The notes under the pieces were generated by a model. The model was not told the DNA's origin. It worked only from the letters and a program-made list of their open reading frames with translations, and ran no database searches. Below are positions 39,626 through 41,194 of a stretch of 41,194 nt of DNA, one piece after another. The stretch comes from an uncultured Lachnospiraceae bacterium. Its GTDB lineage: Bacteria > Bacillota > Clostridia > Lachnospirales > Lachnospiraceae. Within the stretch, counting starts at the first letter, position 1, and each line of letters begins with the position of its first letter. A program made the position numbers and the translations under genes. The stretch spans positions 1 through 41,194 of the forward strand of contig CALGGH010000237.1 in NCBI GenBank assembly GCA_937916415.1, read 5' to 3'.

Positions 39626-40590
39626 TGCATAAGATAGACTTGATAACGGGCTTTTTGGGCTCCGGAAAAACTACTTTCATCAGTAAATATGCAGCTTATC
39701 TCATGGGACGCGGGGAACGGATCGGGATACTCGAGAACGACTTCGGGGCGATCAACGTGGACCGCGTCCTTCTTGCTGACCTGCTGGGCGATAAATGCGG
39801 CATGGAGATGGTCGTCGGCGGCGACACGCTGGAGACGCACAGGCGGAGGATGAAGACCAAGCTGATAGCTCTCGCCATGAACGGATATGACCGCGTGATA
39901 ATCGAACCGTCGGGAATATTTGACGTGGACGAGCTTTTTGACCTGCTGTACGAGGATCCCCTTGACCGGATGTATGAGATGGGCTCGGTCATCACCCTGG
40001 CTGATGCCGTGTCACTGCAGCAGGCGTATGTCCGGGATTTTTCACGGGAATCCAGATACTTAAGCTGCGCTCAGTCCGCATGCGCGGGCCGAATCGTCAT
40101 CAGCAAGGTGGACGTGCCCGGAGCGGCGCAGGATCCCGTTACGGAGGCCGTGGAGACGCTTAACGGCTGCCTGACCGAGTTTGGCTGCAAAAGAAGGATC
40201 ACGCCGGATGAATGCCTGGCGGCAAACCTAAATGAACTGACTGATGACGTGCTGGAGAAACTGTCCCGCTGCGGATATCACAGGGCATCTCACGTAAAGC
40301 TTCCCGTCATGGCCGAAGGAGATTACGAATCCCTGTTTGCATACGACCTGGAACTGGAGCATGACGACCTGGTTTCGCGGGTAAGGGGGATATTTGACGA
40401 TCCCGGGTGCGGCCGCATATTCAGGATCAAGGGGTACATGAACGTCAAGGATCGCGGCTGGACGGAGATTAACGCCACGTCCTCGGATTCACTCGGCATG
40501 CAGCCCGCGCCGAGTTCCGAAAACGTGCTGATCGTCATTGGAGAGAACGTAAACGCGGATGCCGTGCGCAAATGGCTGCCCGTAAGATGA
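39625..40590 (+). CDS. CobW/COG0523-family G3E GTPase
   Basis: ITGFLGSGKTT, ILENDFG, IIEPSG, SKVD, RIKG; TAATG overlap with the upstream gene. Confidence 0.88.
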   Translation: MHKIDLITGFLGSGKTTFISKYAAYLMGRGERIGILENDFGAINVDRVLLADLLGDKCGMEMVVGGDTLETHRRRMKTKLIALAMNGYDRVIIEPSGIFDVDELFDLLYEDPLDRMYEMGSVITLADAVSLQQAYVRDFSRESRYLSCAQSACAGRIVISKVDVPGAAQDPVTEAVETLNGCLTEFGCKRRITPDECLAANLNELTDDVLEKLSRCGYHRASHVKLPVMAEGDYESLFAYDLELEHDDLVSRVRGIFDDPGCGRIFRIKGYMNVKDRGWTEINATSSDSLGMQPAPSSENVLIVIGENVNADAVRKWLPVR

Positions 40591-40671
40591 CACTCGGGGA
40601 CGGAGTCAGAGGGTCATTTTTGGATGACACCCGGGATGACACCCGGGGACGGAGTCAGGGTGTCATTTTTT
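40586..40671. repeat. Tandem GGGGACGG-type REP-like repeats
   Basis: GATGACACTCGGGGACGGAGTCAGAGGGTCATTTTT and GATGACACCCGGGGACGGAGTCAGGGTGTCATTTTTT, with a partial copy between them. Confidence 0.75.
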
Positions 40672-40804
40672 GAAATGGCACGTGCCCGTGAAGCCTGAAA
40701 TGCAGAAATGTGAACACGTTTTTTTCACATATTTGACGTTTTTTCAACATATCTCTTGATTATACTCACATAATCACATAACATTTTACGGAAAGGAGAA
40801 TCGC

Positions 40805-41194
40805 GTGAACCCGATCAGATACAGACATGAACTGAAACATGACGTCTCCACGGCAGACATGATCGCGATACGGCAGCGGCTCAGGGCCGTGGCCAGGCCG
40901 GATCCTCACGCCGAGGGTGGCAGATACCTGATAAGGAGCCTGTATTTCGACACGCCGACCGACAAGGCGCTCAGGGAGAAACAAAGCGGCATCAGCCAGA
41001 GGGCAAAGTTTCGGATCAGGTATTATAACGGAGACAAGTCCGTCATACACCTGGAAAAAAAGTGTAAGTCGGGAGGACTTGGAACCAAGATCTCGGCAGA
41101 TCTCACCGAAGAGCAGGCCCAGGCGATAGTGGACGGACGGCTGGACTGGATGAAGGAATCCGGATCCGAACTCATACGGGAGCTGCGGACCAGG
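40805..41194 (+). CDS. VTC / polyphosphate-polymerase-domain protein, runs off the window end
   Basis: GTG after AAGGAG; RHELKH, YLIRSLYFDT, KFRIRYYN, LEKK motifs. Confidence 0.88.
   Translation, partial: MNPIRYRHELKHDVSTADMIAIRQRLRAVARPDPHAEGGRYLIRSLYFDTPTDKALREKQSGISQRAKFRIRYYNGDKSVIHLEKKCKSGGLGTKISADLTEEQAQAIVDGRLDWMKESGSELIRELRTR

Overview
Firmicutes DNA with Lachnospiraceae/Butyrivibrio-like gene content. It probably starts at a contig end, because bases 1-14 match an Illumina adapter. (1) 1-9.6 kb is an AT-richer accessory and decay zone. It holds a soluble atypical Ser/Thr kinase transcribed head-to-head with an XRE-like HTH protein, a second HTH paralog, and three membrane proteins with an N-terminal zinc ribbon (one is a pseudogene). 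Around them lie many broken remnants (ComEC-like MBL hydrolase, ion transporter, AraC, ATPase) and an intact gamma-carbonic-anhydrase-family gene. (2) 9.7-13.7 kb: an HtrA protease with a long G/S/Y/T low-complexity N-terminus, and an uncharacterised enzyme. (3) 13.7-24.6 kb is a motility/adhesion islet: an MCP, a 1431-aa sortase-type surface protein with a (DT)13(DS)24(DT)13 stalk behind a perfect sigma-28 promoter, an orphan 666-aa flagellin, a CIRCE-controlled hsp20, a FeoB-associated Cys-rich peptide remnant, and a small protein with a FliM-like CheY-binding motif. (4) 24.6-30.6 kb: a TetR / MMPL / heptad-repeat (YhgE/Pip-like) module with two identical operators. (5) 30.9-41.2 kb: two giant Ig-like surface proteins sharing a C-terminal module, REP/MITE-like palindromes, a CobW-like GTPase and the start of a VTC-domain gene. 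No rRNA, tRNA, CRISPR array or transposase was seen. The best candidates for undescribed systems are the zinc-ribbon receptor / kinase / HTH cluster and the sigma-28-driven adhesin-flagellin islet. All family assignments come from motif recognition by eye; no searches were run.
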